A model generated the notes under the pieces. It saw only the letters and a list, made by a program, of their open reading frames with translations. It ran no database searches and was not told the DNA's origin. A DNA stretch of 64,000 nucleotides from Vicugna vicugna. Its lineage: Eukaryota. Each line of letters starts with the position of its first letter. Position 1 is the stretch's first letter. The position numbers were made by a program, and so were the translations under genes. Below are positions 1 to 22,452 of the stretch, piece by piece. The stretch lies in NCBI GenBank assembly GCA_013265495.1, contig MU058065.1, positions 6,634,302-6,698,301 of the forward strand. Direction: 5' to 3'.

Positions 1-11030
<11,030 letters not shown>

Positions 11031-11469
11031 GGCGGATGAGCCTAGGGGAGAAGCGGTGTGGTAGCAAGAAGAGGAGCTGGATGCACCCTGGGTTTCAGGA
11101 GCTGCTTTTCCAGCCCAGCCCTGGAGAGCTCCCAACAGTGCCAGGAGGCCAGGGCTCAGGGACAGTGGGGAGGCTTCCCAACCTGAGCCCTGACTGACCA
11201 GGGGCCCAGCCTCCATCTTCCCATCCAAGCTCTGATTGTGTCACCGTCTTGTTCAAAAACCTACCCTGACTCTCTACCACCAACTGAATAAAGCCACCAC
11301 CTCTTAACCTGGCATTCTGGCACTAGGCCCTTCTTGATCTAGCCCCAAACAATTTTTCTTCCTGAAAGTTTTTGATCAAAGCCATGCTTGATGAAAAAAT
11401 ATATATCACACAGAGTTTAAAAAAAAAAAAGGGAAGCAAAGAATAAATAAGGATGAAAATGCATGCGCC

Positions 11470-12003
11470 CAGAAGAATTGAAAAAAGCAGGTGTTCAAAC
11501 AAAAACTTGTACATGAAGCTCATAGCAGCTCTATTCACAATAGGCAAAAGGTGGAAACAACCCAGATGTCCATCAACAGATGAATGGATCAATGAAAGGA
11601 TCCACACAATGGAATAGTATTTAGCCATAAAAAGGAATGAAGCATGAGACATGCTACAACGTGGTTGAACCTGAAATACATTATGCTGAGTGCAAGAAGC
11701 CAGACACAAAGGACCACACTGTATGACTGCATTTATATGAAATATCCAGAACAGGAAAATCCATAGAGATAGCAAGCAATTAATGGTTATCGGCAGCTGG
11801 GGGAGGTTGGGAGGGGAGAGGAGGAAATATGGAGTGACTCCTAGTGGGTATGGAGTTTCCATCTGGGGAGGTGAAAAAATTCTGTAACTAGATAGTTCTG
11901 CTCCCTTGCATGACATTGTAAATGTATTCAATGCCACTGAATCGTACCCTTTAAAGTGGTTAAGATGGTAAATCTTATGTGTATTTTGCCACAGTTTTAA
12001 AAA
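11470..12003 (+). mobile_element. Old L1 (L1M-type) 3' end fragment in VIL1 intron 1
   Basis: Typical L1M 3' motifs: GGAAACAACCCAGATGTCCATCAACAGATGAATGGAT, GCCAGACACAAAGGACCACA, AATGCCACTGAATCGTACCCTTTAAA. Confidence 0.85.
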
Positions 12004-12164
12004 GTATATGCAGTAGTTGCCTGTTTCTTGCTATCCCCAAACACCCCTCAACCACTGTTCTGGTGGCCCACAAGTTGTGGACCCCACCAGGCAGGGCGGT
12101 ATTGTTTATTCGGTACTGAATCCCCAGCATCTAACACTGTTAGCACTTTGCTAAGCTGGTGCGT

Positions 12165-12282
12165 GAGTGGATGGGTGGATGGATGGACGGATGGGTGGGT
12201 AGTTGGGTGGTTGGGTGGGTGTGTGGGTGAAAGTGATTGAGTGGATGGATGGATAGATGAGTGAATGAATGAATGAGTGAAT
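12165..12282 (+). repeat. (GGAT/GGGT)n-(GAAT)n low-complexity tetranucleotide repeat
   Basis: Visible GGATGGATGGACGGATGGGTGGGT...GAATGAATGAATGA. Confidence 0.85.
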
Positions 12283-12394
12283 CGTTTCATAGTGAACCAC
12301 CCTCCACCCACTGAGCTGGAAGAAACCTCCTCTCCCCAGGTTTCTTTTATGGTACCTTTTATGGCTATTTCTGTTTGACTTGTAGCTGTGTTCT

Positions 12395-12592
12395 CCACTC
12401 CAACTGCTCATCAGAATCACCTAGGGAGCTTTCAAACAATACCGATGCTCTGATGCTCAGCTGCTGGAGCCATTTCTCCAGGGATTCTGGTTTAATTAGG
12501 TCAGGGTGGGGCCCGGGCTTGAATACTTTATATTTTGCCTTTTGGGAGGCAGGGCATAGGTGCCTTTAAAACTCTCCAGCAGTTCTGATGAG
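12395..12592. mobile_element. MER5-like hAT-Charlie element
   Basis: CATCAGAATCACCTAGGGAGCTTT...GATTCTGGTTTAATTAGGTCAGGGTGGGGCCC...TTCTGATG, a quasi-palindromic structure. Confidence 0.65.
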
Positions 12593-15305
12593 CTAGAGAA
12601 GAGAGCCATTTGTCCCCAGTTATTCTGGTCCCTGGTTTCCTGCCCCATTTACCAGGCTGGAGGCCATGCCATTCCCCACCAAGCCTACCACCCAGCCCAG
12701 CAGAGAGGCCCCCTCCACAAATGCTCCTTGAACCCATGAATAATGAATGATAGGTCATGCAGTCCCCACCTCTGTGCACTGACAGCTGGACTCTATCTAA
12801 TCTCTCTTTGCACCTTGACTCTGAGTCACCTCTTGGAACAATGACATGGCCTTTAACTACTGGTAAACTCCCTCTCCCTGGCATTCTGGAATTTAGGGGC
12901 AAGCTCTCCCTGCCCAGCCTCTCATTAGCGACCTCTCCAGCAGATCAGAGCCACCTGCCAATCGCAGCGCCGTGCTTGTAGGAGTCCTTTGTGCCTGGGT
13001 CCTGTCTGATGCCCCTATAGGCCAAGGCCTGTTCCATGAGATATTTCTCAACCCACAGAGACCCCAGGGCTCCCAAAACTCCCAGTTTAATAGAACTGAT
13101 TTGGGTACAAAGGAGGAAAATATTTTCTGTTTTATTTCAATCACTACCTTTGTCTACAGCCTCTTTTCACCAAGACAGACTGACCCTCACTGGTGGTACA
13201 AACATAGGCCCCATTTCTTCATCTATGAGGTGAGCAGGTGACTAGGTGGTCTCTAAAGTCCCACCTGGGATAAGATCTGAGTCTGGGAGGGAGCAACAAG
13301 AGAAACAGAGGGTAGGTAAGATGAGGCCCTTCTTGTCCAACCAAGCATTGAAGATTCAGGGGAGCAGGGGCTTGGAAAAGCTGGTGCTCCCCCTACCTAA
13401 AGACAAGTCAGGATTTGGGACCTCCAGCAGCATGAACAGGGAAGGTGGTGGGCAAGGAGACCCTGGGGAGGGCAGTCCTGAGAGGTAGAGTCATATTCCA
13501 AGGGTGTCCCCATGGATACCCACCAACAGCTCCTACCCCATCGATGTTGGTCAGAGTGGAAGCCTCTGCTCCGGCCCCTGGTGGGTCTTCCCCTGAACTG
13601 CTGGGAGGAATTTGGGTCCCATACTGCCCCCACTGCTGACAGTACAGCCCTGGGCTTGGATATGTGGTGTCTTCTCTCTCAACCTGAATTAACCGGCTCC
13701 CCCCTCACTCCTGGTCCCTATTCTTCTCTGTTCCATCTTGAGAAAGGGCACCATCACCCCTAGACCCCAAAGTCAGCCATCTGTGCAACACCCTGGACCC
13801 CTCCTCTCGGGCCCTTCTGTCCACCTGAATGCCTCTCCAGTCTGTCCCCACCACACCCCCACCTCTCTCTGCTTCTAGTACCACCAAACTGCTCACTGGC
13901 CCTAGCCCACACAGACATGCTGCTTCTCACCCTCCTCCTTTGTCCTTTCATTTTCCTTTCCAATGCCCTCCCCACCTTTCTCCTTTGGACTAACACTCAC
14001 ATGGTCTTCTTGACTCAATTTAGGTCTCATTTCTTCCGGGAGACCATCTCAGAATACTCAAGCTACTCTAAGGACCCCTCCTCAGGGGGCCCAAGGCATA
14101 CTGGACAGATGGCCCTGTTGGCCTCCTGCCCACATGGTGATTAAAGGATTTGTTTGTAGGTCTGAGGACTCTGAGGTCAAGGACCTAGGCATTTTTGTCT
14201 GTGTAGCCCCCAACCCCTAGCACACAAGACATGCTTAATAAATATTCTTGAAGCTGGAAGACTGAACCACAGAATAAAAGGGATGAACCTTCTTGGGGGC
14301 CCTTGAGGAAGTTAGGGCTCACACTGCCCCCAGGTCCCATCTTTCTTTTCTTAACCACTGCCTTGTTGTCCTCAGAGTTCAGGCTCCAGAGATCCCTGGG
14401 TGCTGTCACTGCTCTCAGTCCCCAGTCATGCCGTTCTGAGCGGGCCCAGGATGTGGCAGTCCCCGAAACAAAGGGAACACCTTCTTGTTCCCCAGGTCCA
14501 TGAGAGCAGGGGTCGTGGACACGCCCCAGCCCCTTAGCCTGCAGACTCTGCCTCTGCCCGACCTGAGAAGGCCTGAACAGGCTTCCTGGGAAGTGGGTGG
14601 TCGTATGTCCTAAGACCCAGGTCTGGTCTTGGCTTCCCCCTCCCCTAGCCACACCCACATTGCCCCTGAATGAGGCCACAGTGCCTGGTGAGGCTGAGGG
14701 GAACAGTCCTGGTGGAGGGGGGCACTGGTGCACACTAGGGTGGCTGAGCATGGACCAGCCCCTGGCCCCCGCCTCTGCCTTTGTCCATCCAACTCCTGAT
14801 GGCTGCTGCTCACACCCTAGGATCCAGGAGCTGAGAGCCCTGAGATCCCAGGAGTGTCAGGGGAACGGAGACACGGAGAAAGGAGCCAGTTCAGATGAAG
14901 AAGAAATGGGCAAAGAGACGGTAGGGGCTGAGGGAAGAAGGAGAGTGAGGTCAGGGTGACTAATAGTCCCAGTTTGCCCACGACTGGTGGGTTTTAAATA
15001 TAGAAGTTCCAAGTCTGCAGGGTTTCCTCAGTCCAGGGCAGTCAGGGTGGGGTCTGGCGGTGGGTGGGGGTCTGAAAGGGCAGTCATCTGGGGGGTTGGG
15101 TGGAGCCTGCACTGCCCTTCCCTTGGAGGCCCAAGAACCCACACAGGGCTCCCGCCCTTTCCAGACTCTCCAGAGTGCCAAGCTTCTCCCTTACCCCGCT
15201 CCAAGGAGCTGCAGGAGGCTCCGGGCTGCCAGCAAGAAGCAGGGGACCTGTCCTGTCCTCTCCCACCACCTATGGTCCCCATGTGTCACCGCGGTGTTGC
15301 CTTAC

Positions 15306-15370
15306 CTGTCTGGGGGAGGCAGCTGCCACCTGGGAGATTCAGGGAGTTGTGGCAAGCTGGCGGGAGGAGA
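15306..15370 (-). other. VIL1: VIL1 non-coding exon 1 (5' boundary approximate)
   Basis: The minus strand reads ...ATCTCCCAGGTGGCAGCTGCCTCCCCCAGACAG|gtaagg, a strong donor at 15305. It resembles the villin mRNA leader as I recall it. It would splice to the acceptor cctag|GCTCATCCGCCATG at 11041. Confidence 0.75.
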
Positions 15371-15371
15371 G

Positions 15372-15421
15372 CGACCTTTGTCCCCACCCCCCCTCCTAGG
15401 AACTGCCTTCACCATATAAGG
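15372..15421 (-). promoter_or_regulatory. VIL1 proximal promoter: CArG box and HNF4-type DR1 site
   Basis: CCATATAAGG at 15412-15421 is a perfect CC(A/T)6GG. The minus strand has GGGGACAAAGGTCG at 15372-15385, matching the HNF4 consensus. Both lie immediately upstream of the inferred exon 1. Confidence 0.65.
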
Positions 15422-16500
15422 GAAGATAGGGCCCCAGAGAGAGAGAGAGAGAGAATAGGTGAGGGGGTGGGGAGGCAGGTGCCCGCCAGGTCCCTGGGAG
15501 CCAGGAGCCCAGCGACAGTCTGACAGCCAGACCCCATGTGCCCCACCCTTGGCTCCCTGGCAAATGCCCAGGGATGGGATGTATTTCTGCCCAGGACCCA
15601 GGCCTTCGCAGCAGGTGGACAGCACCTGGAGCCTACCAACTCAGAGGAGCTGGCTCTGTGGTCCTCCTTTCTCCCCTAGAGGAGTGGCTCCCGGGGTGGG
15701 GGACCATTGGACCCAGGGATGCAGGGCCAGGGGTTCAGACTTAGGGCTCCTTCAGGACAGATGGGACTCTGGTGTCCCTAGATGTCACTCGCTCAGAGAG
15801 GGCACAGTGCTTTTCTTATCCCTTCACTTCAGAGGCACTGCCTCCACCTGGAGTTTTTATGAGCTGCCATAAACTGGTGCCTTTGGACCCTGCTCTGTGC
15901 TCTCTCCCAAGCCAAGACTTCCACCACTGAACCCTGATCCTAGGGGGTTTCTCATACAGGACCAGAAAGGAGCGCAGCCCTCTTAGGTGTGGGTCTCATC
16001 CAGAAGTCGGCTTTGCCCACAAACTCAGCACCCTGGGCAGCTGCCCCTCAACCTTCACCCCTGCAGAAATTCTCCTGTCACTTCTGAACTGTGGTCCTTA
16101 GGTAGGTGAGATGAAGGGTGCTGGGTGAGGCTAGCCGCTTCTCCTTCCCAAGAGTTCTAGAGAAAAAAATGTACATATGTGTGCATACGTATGCATGTGT
16201 GTGCAGATGCGTTATGAGTGAGCTTGAGCACAGTCTGGTAGGAGGAGTAACAACACTGCAGGTGCTATTTGGTTTTTTTTAAAAAAACACGCTTTTTGTG
16301 AATAAAAAGTATATGTTTGTTCAATTATACAGGCAGGCAAAAAGGAAAGAAAAAACTCATCTGTAATTCCACCATGGAGATAAATCTGAGTAATTTATCC
16401 TGAAGTATTTCTTTCAAGTTATTGTTCAGTACATATGCTGTGTGTTCTGTATGTGTATAGTATCTACCTACCTATCATCTATCTATTCACATACATATAC

Positions 16501-16617
16501 TTTTGGGGGGGTAATTAGGTTTATTCATTTATTTTTTAATAGAGGTACTGGGGATTGAACCCAGGACCTTGTGCATGAATACACTCTACCATACCATACT
16601 GAGCTATACCCTCCCCC
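16501..16617 (-). mobile_element. tRNA-Ala-derived SINE (vic-1-like)
   Basis: Same head and tail. The flanks ACATACATATAC and ACATATATATCC resemble a degenerate target-site duplication. Confidence 0.85.
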
Positions 16618-16669
16618 AACATATATATCCTTTCTACTGTGACATGTTGTATGCTATTTTGCAACTTCA

Positions 16670-16812
16670 TTTTTTTTTGTCTTTTGGGGGGGAGTGGTAA
16701 TTAGGTTTTATTTGTTTGTTTGTTTATTTATTTATTTTAATGGAAGTACTGGGGATTGAACCCTGGACCTTATGCATGCTAAGCACGCACTCTACCACTG
16801 AGCTATTACACT
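16670..16812 (-). mobile_element. tRNA-Ala-derived SINE (vic-1-like)
   Basis: The minus strand reads TAGCTCAGTGGTAGAGTGCGTGCTTAGCATGCATAAGGTCCAGGGTTCAATCCCCAGTACTTCC, followed by an AT-rich tail. Confidence 0.85.
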
Positions 16813-16819
16813 CATGGTA

Positions 16820-18530
16820 ATCCATTAGATAGATAGCATAGTTTATGTAACCAATAGCTCATTATCGGACTTTCAACTTATATCCGATTATTTGATACTA
16901 TAAAGAATGTTGTGGTAAGTATTCCTACTGCTAAATCTTTGCCACTGGATTGCATTCATTTTTATTTCTTTAGGATAAACTTCTAAAAGTCAGATTGCTG
17001 GATCAAAGATGTGAATAGGCAAATTGCCTTCCAGAAAAGTCGCATTAATTTATAATCCCGCCTACAGTACAGGAGTCTGCCTCTTTCTCCACACTCTCCC
17101 TAGCACTGGAATGCAGCTTTTAAAAAAATTTCTGTCAGTTTGAATGTTCAAAAGAAAATTGTCATTGTGTTGGTTTATATTTCTTTGATTACCAGTGAGA
17201 CAGACCATTTTAAAATAAACTTATGGGATATGTCTTCCTTTGTGAATTTTTAATTAATTTGTTGGGGTTGTTTATTTAATGTATCAAGGTTGGTAGGCTG
17301 CCCATCATTTACGGTGCACTTTTCTTCAGCTTGCTGCTTGTCTTTTAACTTAGCCTCAGGATTTTAGGGGAGAACATATGTTTTTAAAGTTTATTTCCAA
17401 TTTCTTTATTATGATAAATGTCAAACATATTAAAAAGTATAAATAATAGTACAGTAGTATACTAATAAACATCTATGGACTCAAGAATTAGCATTTGCCA
17501 TATATACCTCTTTGGAAGTTAGTTGCAGACATCATGACACTTCAGCTGAAAATACTTAGTTTGTCACATAGCTCCTAAGTATACTTCACAACTGTAATAC
17601 GATTTTCACACCTGACAGTGTTAACAATTATTTCTGGTATCACCTTGTATCCAGGCCAAGGTCAAATTTCTCCAATTGTCCCCAGGAGGGAGGATTGTTA
17701 ATGGCTGGCTTCACTGATTCTTAATCAAATCAAGATAATGCATTTTCTTTGATTGTTATGTCTTCAGTATCTTTCAAATCTAGAATAGTCCTCTGACTTT
17801 TTTCTATGATGTTGACTTACCTGAGTCAAGGGCAGTGTCTTGTAGACTATATTTAGAAAACTGACTGTTTTTACTTTAAGCTGATTTTTATTCTAAAAAA
17901 TTAATAAATGTACCTGATAAAATAATTCAATATATAAACAGATATATAATGTGTCCCTGCCATCTTAGATGACTCCCACGCAGTCCCCCCAGCCCTGCTC
18001 CCCACAATTAGCCACAATTCCCATTTCTTGTGTACCCTATTGGAGCATACAAAAGTACATATGTGTATTTGTGTTTATTTTTAGTGGGAATTCTCCTTAG
18101 TGGGAATATACCACCACTATTGTTATGAATCTTGCTTTGCGTCATTGACTGGTTTTTTTTTTGGAGATCATTCTATATCTGCTTGGATATTTCCACCTCA
18201 TCGTTTTTCATCACTGCATAGTATTCCCTGGTATAAATACAGCAACATTTATTTAACCAGTCCCTTATGGATGGACACTGAGGTTACTTCAGTGCTTTGC
18301 TAGTACCAACAAGTTAATACCCATGTGCATACAAGGTTATATGCATATACATTTTATCTACCACATAAATTCCTAAAACTGCAACTGCACGGTTTGGGGA
18401 TAGCTCAAGCGGTAGAGTGCATGCTTAGCATGCATGAGGTCCTGGGTTCAAACTTAAAAATACTTTTGATAGATGTTGTCAAATCATTCTCGGAAGAGGC
18501 TGCACCAGTTTACTCTCCTGCCAGCAGCAC
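16820..18530 (-). mobile_element. Degraded antisense L1 fragments in an AT-rich intergenic block upstream of VIL1
   Basis: Reverse-oriented L1 ORF2/3'UTR-like phrases, e.g. GATTGCTGGATCAAAG, CAAATTGCCTTCCAGAAA, TATTCCCTGGTATAAATAC, GATGGACACTGAGGTT. Confidence 0.6.
18391..18452 (+). mobile_element. Truncated tRNA-Ala-derived SINE head inside an old L1 fragment
   Basis: GGGGATAGCTCAAGCGGTAGAGTGCATGCTTAGCATGCATGAGGTCCTGGGTTCAA, then an abrupt end with no tail. Confidence 0.75.
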
Positions 18531-20956
18531 TGTATCAGGTGTTCTGTGTGTGTAACAAGCAAATAGTGAACATCTGCCCACACCAGGCTCAGTTAGAGAC
18601 CTGGGCACACCTGACATCTCCAAAGCCAGAAGTTAGGTCCCCTTCCTTCCTTCCTTCCCTCCACCCCTGCTCTGGGAGCCAACCAGCCACAGCTTTATCT
18701 CCTATGTCACTTCCATTGCTTTAACCTTCTCTCTTCACTCTGCCTCTGCCCCGGTTCAGATCTTCATCCTCTGTCTTAGGGACCATGGCTACAGCCTCTT
18801 CATAGGGAGGGTCTTATGTCCCCAGACCCCTGATTTGGCTTCCAGTGTGCGGTTGCCAGGTTTGAGTACGCTCCTCCTGCTCAGCGTCCCCTAGTGTCAC
18901 TCAGTGGCACCCACTCCCTTCGTCTGGCTACAGATCTGCCTTATCTCGCTCCAGCTTTCTGCAGCGTCATTTCCCATCCTTCCCCACTCCCACACAATTC
19001 CCAGACTGTCACTTCCCACACGCCCTACAGTGGTCCCCAGAGGCTCTGGCTTCCTTTCCTGGTGTACCTCCTCACACAGACCACTTTCACCTGAACCTTG
19101 CCTCCTTCTCAAACTCCTCTGAGCTTCACTCCTACAGGAAGCATTTCTAATCTCTGCCATGGTAGTTCCTCGGGAGTAGGGGGTGTTAGGTGTCTTCTTC
19201 CCTCCTCCACCCCAACCCCGTGTTATCTCTTGCATTGCATTTGCAGCATTTCAGGTTTTAGATAGTCTGCTCAAGTGTCTTTCTCCACACTAGAATGTGA
19301 GTTCCTTGAGAGCAGAAGCCTGGCCTAGTCACGGCGTGTCCCTAGGTCCTGGCACCGTGCCTAGCACACAGTAAGCGCTGATACATGTGGTTGCATTGAA
19401 CTCTGTGGGTGAAGTGGGTTTGTGTGGGTAGGGGACGCTGGCTACAGTCTCATTCAAAGTTGGTAGCCCTGGTGACTCCCTGGTGTGTCTGGGCCTCTGG
19501 GATGCAAATCTGGGGGGACTAGTATTTGCATGGAGAGCAGGAACTCCAGCAGGACCCTTAGGAGGGCGAGGGCAGAGGCTGGGAGGGCTGGGTATTTACG
19601 CTGCCAAAGGCTCTCGGCTTCAGCTCAGACTGGAACTGGAACTGACAGCATCCAGCGAGGTACTGCGGGTTCTCCTCCCAGGCGGATGCTTCTCCGCACT
19701 CTTCTACCAGGGAAAAGTAGTGGGGAGGGGGAGGGGGTAGAATCACACACACTGCAGATCCACTCAGTCTTGGGGGCCAGATCAGCATCGGGGACACCAG
19801 GAGGCAGCCTTGAGGCTGGATTCACACGGTACGGGGATGAGGGGATGGGAGGGATAGGGGACGTGGAGCTGGGGGGACAGGGATCAGTCTTTAGGAGGGG
19901 CAGATCTCCCTTCTCCGCGGTGTGTTTATTAGGGGGAGCCAGAAGCTGCTCACCGCGGGAGGGGTGAAGGAAGCCGGCCCTCATCTTTCCCGCCCCCGGG
20001 GGTGGAGGAGGGGGTAAATTGTGCGCGCCCAGGGGACGGGCTGGGGAGGCCCGGTTCTGGGGAGCCCAGGCGACTGAGAGGACACAGAGGCCTCTAGCGG
20101 CCACCGTGGGAAGCAGGGGAGGGAGGGCGGGCCTGGAGGGCCCTTCCTGCCAGGGCCTGGGGCTGCCCAGTTTTGCAAAGGAAGTGCTGCCAGGGTCGGC
20201 GGGGCGGGGGCAGGAAGTGGGCCGGAGGCTCGTGCAAGGGCGCGGCCGGCGGGCAGTGAGAGGCCGCTGTCTAGGCGGGCGGGGGTCGGGGGTGCAGAGG
20301 TGAACTAGACCAAGGCCGCGTCCCCACCCATCCTCCCCGGAACCCCTGAAGCCTCAGCTTGCTGGCCGGCCCAGACACAAAGCAGCCTGCGACGCCTTGA
20401 CGGCCCGGCACAGCCTTGTCCAAAGTTCTTCCGTTCAGAGCTGAACTTGACTTCCCCCTCACTCGCCCCGCTCCGCACCTCCACCCTCCGGGGCCTCCCG
20501 AGCGCCCCGCCTCTCCGGGGCGGAGACCACGCCCCTCCCGTCTCCAAATACCTTCCAGGGGCCTCTCCTAGGGACGCCTGGCTTTGAGCTAATATTACTG
20601 AGTCCTCCCTGTGCAGGGATTTAATCAATTCTGCAAAGAGAGCCTGTCTCCATTTTGCAGATCAGATAACTGAGGCTAAGAGCGGTAAAAGAATTTAAAT
20701 AGTAAAGCCGGATGCACTCAGATCCTTTAACAGAAAATGCTGTTAAACTTGCACTTTCACAACTGAAGCCCCAGGGGAGTTAGGGCAGCCCCTCACTCCA
20801 CAACGATCCCCGAATGGTTTGCTGGAGGAGGGTATGTGGTTTCATGGAACTCCTCGCACTTCAACACCACCCTCAAATAATCACAGAGTCAGGATAAAGG
20901 GGGGGGGGTCTGGCTTTCTCTTTAGTTATCACACTGTGGGGCTCTCCGTAACAGAG

Positions 20957-22274
20957 AAGGCACTTAAATGGGAGGGTCACCCGATTCAGACCAACCTTGT
21001 CCTCCCTCACACCCCCAGCTCTCCTGGAGGAAGGGGCAATGGCATCTCCACTTGACATCCCCCTTGGCACTGGTACGTGGGTCCCCTTAACCTTTAGGCC
21101 CTGGGGAGAGCCCAAGGCCTTAACCTCCAGACTCTACATTTGGGGGAGGGGTTCCAGATAAAGGAGTCAGAGCTGGAAGGCAGATGTCCTGGGAGCTAAC
21201 CCCCAGCCAGCAGGGGGCAAGGCAGAGGATTGCAGGGGTGGGTTGGCACAGGGGAGGGGGACAGCTTGGTCAGGCTTCCTGGAGACCCCCAAACCCCACA
21301 AGAAGGGTCCACCTCCTACAGATCCCCTAAAGGCACCGGTGAAGTATGGGGTGGGTCAGAGAGGCACCAGTCAGGTGGTGTAGAGACTCCCACACACCTG
21401 TGCTGGAGGGCCTCACATAGCACTGGGCACAGAGAAGGTGCTCAAGAAATGTTTTTTTAAATGAATGAATGAATGAACGGAGCAAAGAGGGTGTGAGGGA
21501 CAGAGGACAGGGCCTGGGGCCCCTTGGCCCAGCCTGTTTCATTCAGAAAATAGAAGTTTAAAAAATGTAAAAATCCTTTCCCTCCCTCCCCCCAGTTAAT
21601 GGGCCCAGGAAAGAGGTGTGGGAGGGGTGTCTCTACCACAACCCTTCCCTCTCCCCTTCCCCTAAAAATCTATATACACATATACATATTTATATGGCAC
21701 CGCAAAGGGATCCTGCCTCTGCCCCCATGCTCGGAGCTGGGGGCCGAACCCCAGGGCCTCAGGACAGTCAAGGTGGACGTGAGCGGTTGGAGCTCAGGTG
21801 ATGTGGGAAGCAGCCTTCAGGTACTGACAAGCCCAGAGAAGCTTGATGCTGGGGCCCTACTCCCTTCTTAAGTAGTAACAGATCTTCTCCCTTCCTGCCC
21901 TCCTAGGCAGATTGGTGGGGGGCTGTATCAGTCCCAAGAGAGGAGGTGAGAAGACTGGGTCCTCCCCCACCAGCCTAGACTGCAGCAACCTGAAGGTTGT
22001 TCCAAGCAGTAGCTGACCCGGATTGTGGCCCTGGGAAAACCAGGCAGGGAAGAGGGCTCTATGCAAGGCACTTGGTGTCCACTGTTCCCAGGCTGGGGGC
22101 CTAAGGCGTGGGGCAGCAAGACCCCTGCCCCTCCCCCAGGCAGAACCGGAAGGGGCCAAGGGGCCCAATTTGGCAGCAGAGAAACATGGCGGTGCAGAGA
22201 GAAAGAGAGAGAGAAAGGGGGAGCAGCACGCAGGGCCCCACAGGTCCCCCAGGAAGGAGGAGGTTGTAAGGCAC
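20957..22274 (-). promoter_or_regulatory. Cluster of miR-124 seed matches in the CTDSP1 3'UTR
   Basis: GTGCCTT on the mRNA strand (plus-strand AAGGCAC) at 20957-20963, 21330-21336 and 22065-22071, and an 8mer GTGCCTTA at 22267-22274. SCP1 is an established miR-124 target. Confidence 0.8.
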
Positions 22275-22452
22275 TGACACAGGGACCCAGGGGCTTACTG
22301 CCCTCGGTGCAGCCTGCTGCCCCGCTTCACAGCCTGGCCAGGCTGGTGGGGGGACCCCCACTTCCCTATGGCGCTGAGTTTTCTTAAGGAAGAGTCCATG
22401 TGTGAGGGGTGCGGGTGTGGTCAGGGGCAGGTCCTGGCCCCATGGCGCCTCA

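Noticed and set aside
11323..11937. 204-aa minus-strand ORF
   Set aside because: Antisense reading of an old L1 3'UTR, a common spurious ORF type.
18391..18452. tRNA-Ala(AGC)-like sequences here and at the other six SINE copies
   Set aside because: They are truncated or mismatched in the stems, and the other copies are followed by SINE tails and TSD-like flanks. They are SINE heads, not tRNA genes.
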